DNA of 64,000 nt, taken from IMG/VR virus record IMGVR_UViG_3300022680_000058, positions 83,980 to 147,979 of that record; one strand, given 5' to 3'. Position numbers and translations under genes: made by a program. Of this stretch, positions 18,651 through 28,536 are shown piece by piece. The stretch comes from a virus. Below the pieces are notes generated by a model. It was not told the DNA's origin, searched no databases, and saw only the letters and a program-made list of their open reading frames with translations. The number at the start of each line of letters is the position of its first letter. Within the stretch, counting starts at the first letter, position 1.

Positions 18651-19861
18651 CTGTCTCCGTTGAATTTTTCAGTCTCAGACCCCCACACGGTCCATCCCTC
18701 ACGATTCTCTCGACAGAACATCTCCAGCTTCGATCCAGGACAAAGCTTCTCCACCAGCTCGTAGAACTCAATTGGCTTTCTCGAATGCTCTCTCACATCC
18801 CCCTTGAGTTCTGTCGTCTGATTCGTCAGATTGACCACAGGGCGCCCCCTCACGGCGAGAATGCAATGCTCAGTTTTTCCACGAAGCCAGTCCCCTAATC
18901 CCATCTTGTTCTTCACCCACGTCAGGATCGTCTTCGGAGTAAACCCCCACGCATCGATCACATGATAGGCCTCATGCATGTGAGCATTCGTTGTCCACAA
19001 CCACAGTATACAATCCTCATGTGCCACAGCGCCCACGTCGAGATCACAAATGTCCTTGATGGACATACACTTGTACTCCGTCGTCCCCCGGTGTGAGGCA
19101 TCCTCATCACGCTTCTCATAGGTCCATGGTGGATCAGCAGAAATGACCCGAAACGGTCCGGTAGGCAGCGGCTGAGGCTCACTCTCGATGCTCTTGATCG
19201 CCTCACTCCTCTTCAGGTTCCGCTGAGCAAGTTTCAGGTTCGATGTGCCCTGCTTCTTGGCAAATTCGACCACCTCTCTCTGTCTCTTTGGTTCGAGCTT
19301 TGCCAACTCGTCGAGGTTGGACCCTGTGTCGAACTCTGACCCTGTGAGCTCTTCGAGAATCTCACCAGAGACTTTCTCTCCTCTGGTGACATCCCTAGCC
19401 ACTGTGGAGCGACCCTTCCCAGAACGCTTTGCGGTGTCCTCAGTGAAAGACAAAGATCTCAAGTTGAGATCTTTCTTGTCATCGCTTTCCGATGTCGAAG
19501 TCGCCTTCCCATGGCCTGTCTCTGGATGCTTCGCCAGATAGAGTGTCTTTCGTCTGGCAGTCAGCTTGGCTCTCTGCGCCGCCGTCAACTCAGCCCTCAC
19601 GAGGTTCTCATCAATCTCGGCGAGCTCAGCTTCAATCTCGTCATATCTCTTGAAGTTCACCGGAATCTCATTCCTGCCGAGCTGTTTGAACGCCGCGAGC
19701 CTATGAGCTCCAGCAACGAGTCGCCTCTCAGGAGTAACGATGATCGGCTGGAGAAGACCAACCTCCTCAATACTCTCGACCAGATTTTGAACCTTCGCCG
19801 GTTCAACGAATCGACGCCCCGAAGGGACAATGACCTCATCCACTGCTACTGTACTCATCAA
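18647..19861 (-). CDS. ParB N-terminal domain fused to MT-A70 N6-adenine methyltransferase
   Basis: GLLQPIIV...LVAGAHRL...IDENL; ADPPW, LWLWTT, WGF, WVK, TEHC, HSRKP, KLEMFCR. Confidence 0.9.
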   Translation of the reverse strand: MMSTVAVDEVIVPSGRRFVEPAKVQNLVESIEEVGLLQPIIVTPERRLVAGAHRLAAFKQLGRNEIPVNFKRYDEIEAELAEIDENLVRAELTAAQRAKLTARRKTLYLAKHPETGHGKATSTSESDDKKDLNLRSLSFTEDTAKRSGKGRSTVARDVTRGEKVSGEILEELTGSEFDTGSNLDELAKLEPKRQREVVEFAKKQGTSNLKLAQRNLKRSEAIKSIESEPQPLPTGPFRVISADPPWTYEKRDEDASHRGTTEYKCMSIKDICDLDVGAVAHEDCILWLWTTNAHMHEAYHVIDAWGFTPKTILTWVKNKMGLGDWLRGKTEHCILAVRGRPVVNLTNQTTELKGDVREHSRKPIEFYELVEKLCPGSKLEMFCRENREGWTVWGSETEKFNGDS

Positions 19862-20117
19862 ACGACCTCTACTACGCCTTCAATCCCTGGGAGCTGTAGT
19901 TGCCCTGGTAATGGGAGCACACCCACACCAGTCTTCACAATCGCTCTCTCCAAGCGACACTTCTGTTGCGATGGACACGCCCTGACATGGGCTTCAAAGT
20001 TTCTTTGGGAAAGGTTGTGGTCAGCAAAAATCTCTCGACCACATATGAGGCACGACCGTGTTAGGCGCCCAAGCATTCTATGAATCTAGTATGACAATCT
20101 CACACTGTCAACCCGAG

Positions 20118-20561
20118 TCACAATACAGCATCGAACCGCTTCTGTGCCGCCGGTCGGATGTCTTTCTTCGGCGTCGGCTTCCACCGCCCGAGGTCCATCT
20201 TGTTGACGCTCTTCTTGGCAGCCTTCTTCGCTCCCCTTCGACCGAGGACGACAGTCACCATGAGACCTTTGACGTTCCCATTCTTGAGCCAGTCCAACGG
20301 TCTGAAGTAGAGGATCTCATCAGAGAACTCCAAGGCATAGTACCAATCCTGGCCACTCCACGATGACAATGGTCCAGGCATCGACGATGAGCTTGCAGGC
20401 TTTGACTTCGACTTCTCCTTCTTGCCCATCACCTGGCCAGGAGACGGGACTGTATAGCCCCCGATCATCGCCTCAGCCATCGTCTCGGACTCACCATCCA
20501 AGAGATTCCCGATCCCCTCCAGCAACACGCCATTCACTGAACGAACATCCATCTCCATCAC
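20118..20561 (-). CDS. Leader-family protein (putative internal head protein)
   Basis: MDVRSVNGVLLEGIGNLLDGESETMAE leader then YTVPSP; basic body. Confidence 0.7.
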   Translation of the reverse strand: MMEMDVRSVNGVLLEGIGNLLDGESETMAEAMIGGYTVPSPGQVMGKKEKSKSKPASSSSMPGPLSSWSGQDWYYALEFSDEILYFRPLDWLKNGNVKGLMVTVVLGRRGAKKAAKKSVNKMDLGRWKPTPKKDIRPAAQKRFDAVL

Positions 20562-20899
20562 CTCAAAATCTTTCCGAGCCGAACCCTACTCCTCGTAGCT
20601 CCCTCAATGTACCTAACCACATCAGGGAGTGTGTCGAGGTGTCGGCTTCGACGCCCAGTCTTCACTTGCGTCGCGACCCAGAACCGCTTCGTGGCATTCG
20701 CCGTGTCGCCCTTCTTGAGCTCGACAAACCACCTGTTGTCGCTGTCCCTGTAGACAGCCCCTCCATTGTGCCGATGGAGAACAATCTCATCTGTCCTAAT
20801 AGGCTCGACGTACAACTCCTGGAGCACCTCAAGATCACCACCTTGAAGGCCAACGATCGCCTCGCCGAGCACAAGATTCACAGCATTGATATCCATCAA
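20558..20899 (-). CDS. Leader-family protein (putative internal head protein)
   Basis: MDINAVNLVLGEAIVGLQGGDLEVLQE leader. Confidence 0.7.
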   Translation of the reverse strand: MMDINAVNLVLGEAIVGLQGGDLEVLQELYVEPIRTDEIVLHRHNGGAVYRDSDNRWFVELKKGDTANATKRFWVATQVKTGRRSRHLDTLPDVVRYIEGATRSRVRLGKILR

Positions 20900-20910
20900 G
20901 CGCCTCTTTC

Positions 20911-21420
20911 TCAGAGCTGCTCAGCAAGGATGTGAAGCTGTGGGAGGTCACCATCTACACCAAGCGTTCCAGTGATCACCTGGAACTGGATCGATGTCAC
21001 CTCGTTGAGGACCGTGTTCCTCCCGAAGGCCTTATAGGTCCCGCTCGACGACTCTCGATAGTAGAGGTTGATATCCGAATTCGCGATTGGAGTGTTTGAA
21101 CCACCACCAACATGGCCAACGAGCGCCCCGATCTCCCCGAGGGTCCCATCGATCCGAACCGGGGTCGAGAAGTTGGCCATCTCCCACTGGATAGTCCCTG
21201 AGCTCCCACTGACGACCGTGATCGAGTTGTTCGCCTCACTGACTGTCGCGTCAGTGGAGGACTCGACGTTTTCAGCCGTGAGGCTCACTCTTTCAAGCTT
21301 CGGAAGCGCCGAGATTCGAGTCTTCAGCGCAGACTTGAAAGTGGTATCGAGGTTCGAGTATGCATCGACAGCATCCGACAGGATCTGCTGAAACATTGAA
21401 AACGTCGTTTGGATTGCCAT
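20911..21420 (-). CDS. Putative virion structural protein
   Basis: Ser/Thr/Gly-rich, beta-rich composition; AAAGGTG RBS. Confidence 0.5.
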   Translation of the reverse strand: MAIQTTFSMFQQILSDAVDAYSNLDTTFKSALKTRISALPKLERVSLTAENVESSTDATVSEANNSITVVSGSSGTIQWEMANFSTPVRIDGTLGEIGALVGHVGGGSNTPIANSDINLYYRESSSGTYKAFGRNTVLNEVTSIQFQVITGTLGVDGDLPQLHILAEQL

Positions 21421-21425
21421 GCTGA

Positions 21426-21884
21426 TCACCTTTCTATTGAGACAGGTCTCGTCTTGTCCGCCCCAGAAGGCATCGACGGCTTCTGCTCTGGTTTGAGTAT
21501 AACACCTGTCTTGGCGCCAAACTTTTTGTTCCACGCCGCGAGAGTCATCGCCCGCCTATACTCATCACCTGGAGCGCCCGTGATCCTCTTCGGTCCGTCT
21601 GACTTCACCCGCTTGAACTGTACCGGGTAGACCGTCCCGAGCGCCACCTCAATGACCGTGTTCTCGTCTTTCAACGACTCAGCGGCGAGCTCTGTCATTG
21701 TGAAGATATCTCGATGGAGAGCATCCTGTCGCCAGTTCCGCTTTGCCGTCCCGTACCCAATGAGAACAGGCGCCTCTTCCATGCGGAAAATCCACACAGT
21801 GAGCTCAGACCCCTTACGCCACCTCACAATGACCTCTCCAGGCGCCATCAAAGCTTCGGATAGCCTCTGAGACAAGGAGAGCAT
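21426..21884 (-). CDS. Hypothetical protein with LSQRLSEAL N-terminal motif
   Basis: In leader-family operon; N-terminus matches LSxxLxEAL motif. Confidence 0.65.
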   Translation of the reverse strand: MLSLSQRLSEALMAPGEVIVRWRKGSELTVWIFRMEEAPVLIGYGTAKRNWRQDALHRDIFTMTELAAESLKDENTVIEVALGTVYPVQFKRVKSDGPKRITGAPGDEYRRAMTLAAWNKKFGAKTGVILKPEQKPSMPSGADKTRPVSIER

Positions 21885-22910
21885 CTACGCCGCCAGGAGC
21901 CCTTTCAGGGACGCTCTGAGGGCTTCGAACATCTTGAGCTGTCGCTTGTCGACCTTCTTCTTTGGGACAGCGACACCCGCCGGAACATGTGGGAACTCTC
22001 CTCTCTGAAGATACTTTTCCATCATGTCAATCCACATCGAGACAGGCCCGAACGCTGGCGACACATAGGCGTTGTACCTATTCATATCGAACTCTCTTCT
22101 GACGACAGCCAACAAATCCTGAAGATCATCACGATCATCACTCTGCATATCCGGCTTCATCACCCGAATGACTGTAGCAAGAGAAGGTTCGTAGTCCTTT
22201 CGCTGCAAGGGAGAGTAACTTCTGTCGCTCGACCCCTTCGCTTCACTCCAAAGCAGCCCCTTCAACAGGGCGATGAACGTGAAAACTCTGGCGTCTGGGA
22301 TCTGAGGTCCGGTATTCGGTGACTTCGGTGCTCTCGGAGGAGGACCAACGATCCGGTCATAGACCGTCGGAGCGCCGCTCTTTCGAGATGCTCTCTTTTT
22401 CGGCTCCTTTACCGTCGCCTTCTTCCCAGGACCGCCGCCCTTCTGCTTCGACACAGCCGCTCTAGCAGCATCGATGAGGTCTCGGATCTTTCTCGCCGCC
22501 AGGACATCACCAAACGTGATATCCGTTCTCTGCCTTGCCTGATCAAGACGCTTCGCGTGAGCCCTTGCCACCTTGAGCCACTCTCTCAACCTGGAAAGGA
22601 CTTCTTTCCTGTACTTCGGAAGCATCTGCTCAGTCTGCTTTGGAAGCTTCTGAAGGAGCTCCCTAACGACACTCGCCTCTGGGGTTCGATTCGGGTCGGT
22701 GAGCTTCCCATGACCAGCAACAAGAGGCTCCAGAGCACTCTCGATGGGGTCCATGACCTCATCATCCGTCGCCCCGACAGCCATCCCATACTTCCGGTGC
22801 ATTTGCATCGGAGAGAGAACTTTGAACCTCTCTGTCAGAGCTTCGATCTCCTCGATCTGAAAAGCCGCGATCGACTGTTCGAGAACCAAATTGACCATCC
22901 TGATGTCCAT
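21885..22910 (-). CDS. Leader-family protein (putative internal head protein)
   Basis: MDIRMVNLVLEQSIAAFQIEEIEALTE-RFKVLSPMQMHRK; GGAGG RBS; ends LLAA. Confidence 0.75.
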   Translation of the reverse strand: MDIRMVNLVLEQSIAAFQIEEIEALTERFKVLSPMQMHRKYGMAVGATDDEVMDPIESALEPLVAGHGKLTDPNRTPEASVVRELLQKLPKQTEQMLPKYRKEVLSRLREWLKVARAHAKRLDQARQRTDITFGDVLAARKIRDLIDAARAAVSKQKGGGPGKKATVKEPKKRASRKSGAPTVYDRIVGPPPRAPKSPNTGPQIPDARVFTFIALLKGLLWSEAKGSSDRSYSPLQRKDYEPSLATVIRVMKPDMQSDDRDDLQDLLAVVRREFDMNRYNAYVSPAFGPVSMWIDMMEKYLQRGEFPHVPAGVAVPKKKVDKRQLKMFEALRASLKGLLAA

Positions 22911-22945
22911 CCTACACCTGCCCTCCGAAAACCAACGTACCACAA

Positions 22946-24898
22946 TCATCGATGGGCAGGACGCCCCACCGACATCTTCCCTGGGTCCCTGACAAATCCT
23001 GTGTCCCAATCTTGAGCCCCTGGATGGAGCGGAATCCCCTTCAATGAGTCACCATCATCAGACACCAATGACCCATCGAGTAGCTGTCTCGCCTTCCACA
23101 TGGGAATGATCTTGATGGATTTCACAGAAATTTCTTTCTTATGCCACAAGACTTCTTCCGGATACGCCCTGTCTGGGAATTCACTCGTTGTGAACAAGAC
23201 TGCCACGTCACGCTTCTTGGCCCTTCCCAGCGGAGAATTCTGAACCGAGGGAACATACACCCCTCCAACAGCTACGGCATAGACCGCTGGCGCCGCATAT
23301 TCGGACTGCCAGACCTTCTTCTTGTCCACCATCCCGAGTGCACCCTTCGAGTCAGTGAAGTGGATATACTGAAGCTTCGACGCTCTCATACGACCAGTCT
23401 TCGCCTCTCGCTCCGAGAGCAACGCTTCAACGAGCTGCGACGACAAGCCTGGTTTCTCTACACCTTCAAGCTTGATCGTCGGGAAAAGAAGCTTGAGCAT
23501 CCCCTTGATTTCTGGAAGCAACGTCCTCGGACCAAACCCCACAAGGTTACCCAAGACCTCACAGAACGCTTCCTCCTCATTTGTCGCTGCATACCCACTG
23601 ATCGGAAGTGCTGCCACAGAGATCCAAGGCGTACCACCGGCATTCAAATACTCTCGAATCGCCGTGATATTTCCCAGCTCATCAACACGCCTTGGATACC
23701 TGTAACGAAGTGTCCGAAGTCTAAGGTATGTGACAGGGTCCTCTTTTTCGAGCCGCTTCTCGAACTCTGAGTCTGTCTCGCCGATCTTCACTCTTCCAAC
23801 GAGCTCTTTCAGATCGAGGTCAACCTTCTTTCTCAAGAACTCCCGCCACCTCATTTTCATCTTCTGAGAGAAAAATGTATTGTAGATGTGGTGTCCCATC
23901 TCATGGGCGAGATACTGAGCAGTCTGATCCGCGCTCTTATCCATCCCCCAAAAAGTCACAAGGACATGATCCCCCTCATACGTCGCTGCATAAAATCTTC
24001 CAGCCTCATCAGATGACGAAAAGTCCAACTTGAATGGGATTTTGTATCTCAAAAGCCACGGGAACACCCTTTGAGCTCTCTTTTTGTAAAGAGCAAGACC
24101 ACGCTCGAACCTTCCCATAAGTTCCCTCTTGTGAGAGTCATTATGGTCATACCCAACGAGCTGCAACGAGAACCCGTCCTTACTGATATTCTGCGGCGCT
24201 TTCTCCTCAGGATGCTTGATCGGGAGCACCTCCCCACCGCCACCGTAGAGACTCGTGCTCTCAGTCCATTCAATAAACTCCTTCAGCCACTTCCATGCCG
24301 CCCGAGAACGCCTCTCAGCCTGTCCCTGCCACTTCTTCCTTCCCCTCTGGAAATCGTAATACTGCCCACTTTTTTCCGGCGTCACGCTTGTCCCACGGTA
24401 CTTGTGCTGAGCCAGCTCCAACCTTTCGAGTGGAAATGTGTTAAGTACGAAATTGAAATCCCACAGCGGCTTTTGGTCATCACGATAGTGACGCCCCCAC
24501 AGCTCATTCGTTTTTCGCTTCCACACTTCAAGCCGAGCCTCGCTCCTCATCATCTGATCAATCATCGGCTTGATCTGTTTGATAATGCTGAGATAGTGAT
24601 CCCTCCAACGATTCACCCCCTCGCTGACCTTCAAAGCGTCATCATAATTCTTGATGTTCCTGTAGCTCCTCATGATGGTGAGAAACTCTTTTCGGAGACG
24701 CTTGACCACGAACTCAGTCAACCCTCCGCTATGACCAGCAACTTTTGACGCGAGCCCCGCTGGAGAAAGGACATGGTAAGTCTTCCCAGCATAACCAGTC
24801 AGTGCCGCCTCGATGAGCGATTCGAGTTCACCATGCTGTAAAACATCTATGGCCTCAATGAGCTCAAAGTTTCTTTGCCTGAGTTCCTCGATAACCAT
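22946..24898 (-). CDS. Leader-family multidomain protein: zincin metallopeptidase + ADP-ribosyltransferase-like domain
   Basis: HEMGH...SGYAATNEEEAFCE; C-terminal YIHFT...AVYAV...YPEEVLW. Confidence 0.7.
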   Translation of the reverse strand: MVIEELRQRNFELIEAIDVLQHGELESLIEAALTGYAGKTYHVLSPAGLASKVAGHSGGLTEFVVKRLRKEFLTIMRSYRNIKNYDDALKVSEGVNRWRDHYLSIIKQIKPMIDQMMRSEARLEVWKRKTNELWGRHYRDDQKPLWDFNFVLNTFPLERLELAQHKYRGTSVTPEKSGQYYDFQRGRKKWQGQAERRSRAAWKWLKEFIEWTESTSLYGGGGEVLPIKHPEEKAPQNISKDGFSLQLVGYDHNDSHKRELMGRFERGLALYKKRAQRVFPWLLRYKIPFKLDFSSSDEAGRFYAATYEGDHVLVTFWGMDKSADQTAQYLAHEMGHHIYNTFFSQKMKMRWREFLRKKVDLDLKELVGRVKIGETDSEFEKRLEKEDPVTYLRLRTLRYRYPRRVDELGNITAIREYLNAGGTPWISVAALPISGYAATNEEEAFCEVLGNLVGFGPRTLLPEIKGMLKLLFPTIKLEGVEKPGLSSQLVEALLSEREAKTGRMRASKLQYIHFTDSKGALGMVDKKKVWQSEYAAPAVYAVAVGGVYVPSVQNSPLGRAKKRDVAVLFTTSEFPDRAYPEEVLWHKKEISVKSIKIIPMWKARQLLDGSLVSDDGDSLKGIPLHPGAQDWDTGFVRDPGKMSVGRPAHR

Positions 24899-24899
24899 C

Positions 24900-26339
24900 C
24901 TACGCCTCCCTCAACGCACCAATGAGCTGATCAGACAGCGACTCCAATCGCCGCTTCTTCCCCATAAACTGCTCGAACCGCTGCCTCTGCTCACGATTGA
25001 GCTTGATCCTACTGAACTGCTGCCCCACATACCCGCTAAAGAGCTCTGCGAACTCCTCTGCATCATCAGTTCCACCGTATTTCGACGGGAACTTCACCTT
25101 CCCAAACCACTCCTTGAATCGACCACGATCATCATGGCTCATGAACTTGAACCAATACCTATGGCCCAATTCATGAATAATAATGTCGGCATCCGTATCA
25201 TTGCTGTAGATGTCCACGCCATCAAGAACACGAGAATACGCCGCTGCTGCCTTTATGGACGTTTTGAAAACAGCCTCATACGATCCAGGCGGAAGCTTGA
25301 TGAAATCCCCATACCACAGACGCGATAGACCTCGACGCCTCAAAAGCGCCTCAACCTTCCTGAGTTCAGAAACAAGCTTGTTCCTGTGTGTCGGTGACAT
25401 CCCCTTGGTGCTTGCCAGGAAAGCACGATCGAATCTCTTCGCCTCACCACCAGAGACCCTCATCTGACTTGTCATCTTCTCTTTGCGAGGGTCCTGAGCA
25501 ATATCCTTGAACACCAGGTTCACACGACCAATATGGACAACATCCTCAACGGGGACGCCAGGGCGGGTCCCATGCTCTGATGGAGCATATCTCCCACCAG
25601 TATCACCCTTAGCTTTCACGAGCCTTGAAAGCGACCTCAGGAGCCGCCCAGAGATAGCCTTCGTAGCCTCCTCAACCCCTTCATCGGCCTTCGCAGGGAT
25701 ACTCCTCAACATCCTGGCATATTCATCCACAGACCTGAACGTGTTGTAGAACACCGGCTCCCCAGAGAATGAAAACTGCCCCTCAGGATGAGACTCGTTC
25801 TTGTAGAACGTGATCGCCCCGATCGCGTCCTTGATCGCCTCCTCAGCCTTCTCGATCTCCTCCACAGTCTTCTTCACTGGCCCAAACTTCTCTTTTCGGT
25901 CCTCGTCCGCTTCCTTCTCAATTTTGACGAGCATGTCATGCATCTTTGGGTCTTCAGACTTCAGCTTTTTCTTGTAAGCTGGAGTCATCCCCGAGACCTT
26001 TCGGAAAGCCTCACGGCTCCAGAGACCCTTCGTCCAATACAGATCCGTCTTGAGCTGCTCGATGGCATTCTTGACCGAGGTCAGATACTCGATAGCATCG
26101 TCGGCAGCCTTGGCGTACTCATCCCATGTCCCGACCTCCTTGACATCCTTTGGCGGTCTCCCTGGGTAATCCTTGACCTTGTCGGCGATACCCTTCCACC
26201 ACTTCCGAATCCCAGAGATCCACTCATCGTCAATCTCATGTCTCTTCCTTGGATTTACCCTGCGATGCATTTGTTGTGGGGTAGGGACCTTGTACGAGCC
26301 CGCCATCGCCGCTTCGAGCAAAACATCGGAAAGTCTCAT
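24900..26339 (-). CDS. Leader-family protein with C-terminal zincin (HExxH) metallopeptidase
   Basis: MRLSDVLLEAAMAGSYKVPTPQQMHRR; IIHELGHRYW...SKYGGTDDAEEFAELF. Confidence 0.75.
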   Translation of the reverse strand: MRLSDVLLEAAMAGSYKVPTPQQMHRRVNPRKRHEIDDEWISGIRKWWKGIADKVKDYPGRPPKDVKEVGTWDEYAKAADDAIEYLTSVKNAIEQLKTDLYWTKGLWSREAFRKVSGMTPAYKKKLKSEDPKMHDMLVKIEKEADEDRKEKFGPVKKTVEEIEKAEEAIKDAIGAITFYKNESHPEGQFSFSGEPVFYNTFRSVDEYARMLRSIPAKADEGVEEATKAISGRLLRSLSRLVKAKGDTGGRYAPSEHGTRPGVPVEDVVHIGRVNLVFKDIAQDPRKEKMTSQMRVSGGEAKRFDRAFLASTKGMSPTHRNKLVSELRKVEALLRRRGLSRLWYGDFIKLPPGSYEAVFKTSIKAAAAYSRVLDGVDIYSNDTDADIIIHELGHRYWFKFMSHDDRGRFKEWFGKVKFPSKYGGTDDAEEFAELFSGYVGQQFSRIKLNREQRQRFEQFMGKKRRLESLSDQLIGALREA

Positions 26340-26421
26340 CGAGCACACCTCGCCCATCCTCCCGAGTATACACCGCCACTCGGATAGAGCCTATCCGTCT
26401 GATTTGATTGGGTCTCAGAAT

Positions 26422-26437
26422 GGGCAATTGATTGCCC
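26422..26437. repeat. Dispersed 16-bp palindrome copy 2
   Basis: GGGCAATTGATTGCCC. Confidence 0.85.
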
Positions 26438-26499
26438 ACTCCAGAAAGAGAAAGGGCCACCATAGTCTCACCATGGCAGCCCTAACGTATTGAAAACAT

Positions 26500-26865
26500 T
26501 GGAGGCGGTCAGAGTCGAACTGACGTCCACACCCCCTCTGCTCGTGAGCTCTACGTGCGTATCTCCTGATCAATCTCGGCGTCATCGAGTTCAGGAGCAA
26601 ACTCTCTGAGCCAGTCGTGCGAGATGTCAGCCGCGCAGGTTACAGAATGAGTCACACACGAGACACTCACTCACTACGCGCCGCTAATGGCGCCCCTTGT
26701 TCCCATAGCAGCAGTCTGGGAGGGACGTGAGATTACGCCGCCAGGCTCATCTCAGGATAGCTGTCAGTGTTGGCAACTGGTTGTTCGTCCTGTTTGACGC
26801 ACAAGGACGATCCTCGGCACGCTCACACAAACGTCATGGGATCTGTCGAAACCTTTTTCGCCCCC
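26500..26865 (-). ncRNA. ssrA: tmRNA, tag peptide (A)ANTDSYPEMSLAA*
   Basis: 5' GGGGGCGAAAAAGGTTTCGAC; 3' GTCAGTTCGACTCTGACCGCCTCCA; acceptor with G3:U70; tag ORF 26774..26733; 366 nt. Confidence 0.95.
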
Positions 26866-26890
26866 TCAAGTCAAAGTGTCTTTGGTGAGC

Positions 26891-27739
26891 TCAGCCACCT
26901 TCTTCGATGTCCTCGATGATTCCGGCGAGACCCTTGATCGCCTTGGCCTCGGAATCTCCGATCGCCCAGAGCACACCCTTGATGAATCCGTCTCCGAGAA
27001 CTTTCGCTGTCTTCGGGTTCTCGATGACCTTCCGGGCGAGTGACTTCTTCGGGGCGAGCACGACAGGACTCTCCGTCGTACCCTTCTGCCCCTTCGCATC
27101 TCGAACCGTCGTTTTCCCCGTCTCCAGCATATTCTCCAGAGCAGCCTTCTGCTCTTCCGGAGAGAGGTCGGCGAGTTCCACAGCCGCACTCATCGAGATC
27201 TTCCCAGCCTCGACAGCGTTTTTGACCTCGGGAATGCAGTCCAAAACCTTCAGCCAGTTGGCGATGGCCGTAGCAGAGACACCGAAGATGACGCCGACCT
27301 CGGCGTTGTTCTTCCCCCTCTGCTTATACCGCTCGGCCTTTTCCGCCTTGGCGATCGGGTCATCATCGACGCGGTGCTCGTTCTCACTCAGAAAGATCCC
27401 CATGATGTGCTCATCACTTCCACGTTTGAGCATGGCAGGGACCTCGATGGGCTGCTCTCCCATCGACAAGAGCTTCTCATTCGCCTTTCTGGCTGCGACC
27501 ACACGACGTCGACCGGCGACCACGAGAGCCCTGTCCCCATCCTTCCGGATCGCGATGGGCTGGATGATACCGTTGACCATGATGTTCTTGACCATCTCCG
27601 GAGAAATCGGCTTCTTGAGCCGCTTCATGTCGTAGAGGTCATGCTCCGGACCATCGTCTGTATCGAGACCAATAATCACAAGGTCTTTTGGATCAAACGA
27701 GTACGCCGTCACCCGCTTCTCGAAGGCGTGCTTCCCCAT
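26891..27739 (-). CDS. ParB/Spo0J-like protein (ParB-N + HTH)
   Basis: GIIQPIAI...VVAGRRRV...SENEHR...AEVGVIFGVSATAIANWL. Confidence 0.85.
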   Translation of the reverse strand: MGKHAFEKRVTAYSFDPKDLVIIGLDTDDGPEHDLYDMKRLKKPISPEMVKNIMVNGIIQPIAIRKDGDRALVVAGRRRVVAARKANEKLLSMGEQPIEVPAMLKRGSDEHIMGIFLSENEHRVDDDPIAKAEKAERYKQRGKNNAEVGVIFGVSATAIANWLKVLDCIPEVKNAVEAGKISMSAAVELADLSPEEQKAALENMLETGKTTVRDAKGQKGTTESPVVLAPKKSLARKVIENPKTAKVLGDGFIKGVLWAIGDSEAKAIKGLAGIIEDIEEGG

Positions 27740-27762
27740 ATCTCCATCTCCGTCTTTCTTGC

Positions 27763-27918
27763 TCACCCTGGAACTCCAATCAGAGCTGCGAGGAAACCAA
27801 TGGTTCCTCCGATATACCAAGGGGCCATGATGACAGCGAGCAATATCGCACCAGCAACGATGTTCAACCCCTCGGCAATCATCCTGACCAGCGACTCAAC
27901 CATCTTTGCCCACGTCAT
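27763..27918 (-). CDS. 51-aa hydrophobic membrane peptide (below ORF-track cutoff)
   Basis: MTWAKMVESLVRMIAEGLNIVAGAILLAVIMAPWYIGGTIGFLAALIGVPG*; GGAG RBS. Confidence 0.55.
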   Translation of the reverse strand: MTWAKMVESLVRMIAEGLNIVAGAILLAVIMAPWYIGGTIGFLAALIGVPG

Positions 27919-27946
27919 GGACCATCTCCAGAATCAAATCAAGCAC

Positions 27947-28108
27947 TGTGTCGCGATGACAAAGTGTACACCACACCGCCGGGTAAGGCGGCGACAGGCG
28001 GACAAACCTGCTCCTCTGGGGTTTCAATCCAGCGTGCGTTCTGGGGTGGCAGCCCCAATGTCCGATCACTTGTCATCACGAGCGCCCCTCTGCCAAGGGA
28101 ACGACACA
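27947..28108 (-). ncRNA. Multibranch structured RNA A
   Basis: Ends pair (TGTGTCG/CGACACA; CGATGACAAAGTG/CACTTGTCATCACG) enclosing five short hairpins. Confidence 0.6.
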
Positions 28109-28113
28109 CAATG

Positions 28114-28236
28114 CGGTAGGGTAGGCTGGACTCGAACCAGCTAGTGACACGGAGACACTCTTTTTTGAGTATCAGAATGGCGACGAAATCAAAACGACCC
28201 ATTCCGACTAGCAACTTCCGTATCGCCACGCTCCCT
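28114..28236 (-). ncRNA. tRNA-like element 1 (non-canonical)
   Basis: T-arm GCTGG-TTCGAGT-CCAGC, imperfect acceptor AGGGAG/CTACCCT, 3' ACCG; oversized middle. Confidence 0.55.
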
Positions 28237-28255
28237 GTGAGCTCTCACCCCAAAA

Positions 28256-28398
28256 AGGAAGTCTAGCCTTTCTCCTCAACTAAAAGCACAACACTTCAAA
28301 GTGCTATGAATCGCCTAATTAGGGCGGTCTAGTCTCGATCCTGGCACACGTAGTCCAAAAGTCCCTTGCAGCAACAGGGCGGTACTGGGCTGACTTCC
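28256..28398 (-). ncRNA. Multibranch structured RNA B
   Basis: Closing stem GGAAGTCAGCC/GGCTAGACTTCC then U-run; internal hairpins. Confidence 0.55.
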
Positions 28399-28505
28399 TG
28401 GTGACGATGGCTGGACTCGAACCAGCGCCTCCCCTCGATACTTCCAGGGCTACCTTCCTCTACAAGGTTTCGGTCTCCTAATCCCTTGCAGGCGGGTCAT
28501 CGCTC
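28399..28505 (-). ncRNA. tRNA-like element 2 (non-canonical)
   Basis: Same 17-nt T-arm as element 1, acceptor (A)GCGATG/CATCGT(C), 3' ACCA; no standard anticodon arm. Confidence 0.6.
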
Positions 28506-28536
28506 AATATGGAGGTACCAATTCCACGAGCCCCGC

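Noticed and set aside
28021-28056. CRISPR-repeat-like end (minus strand ...CTGGATTGAAAC)
   Set aside because: Single copy with no spacer-repeat periodicity; it falls in a hairpin loop of structured RNA A. A solitary-repeat anti-CRISPR role cannot be excluded but is unsupported.
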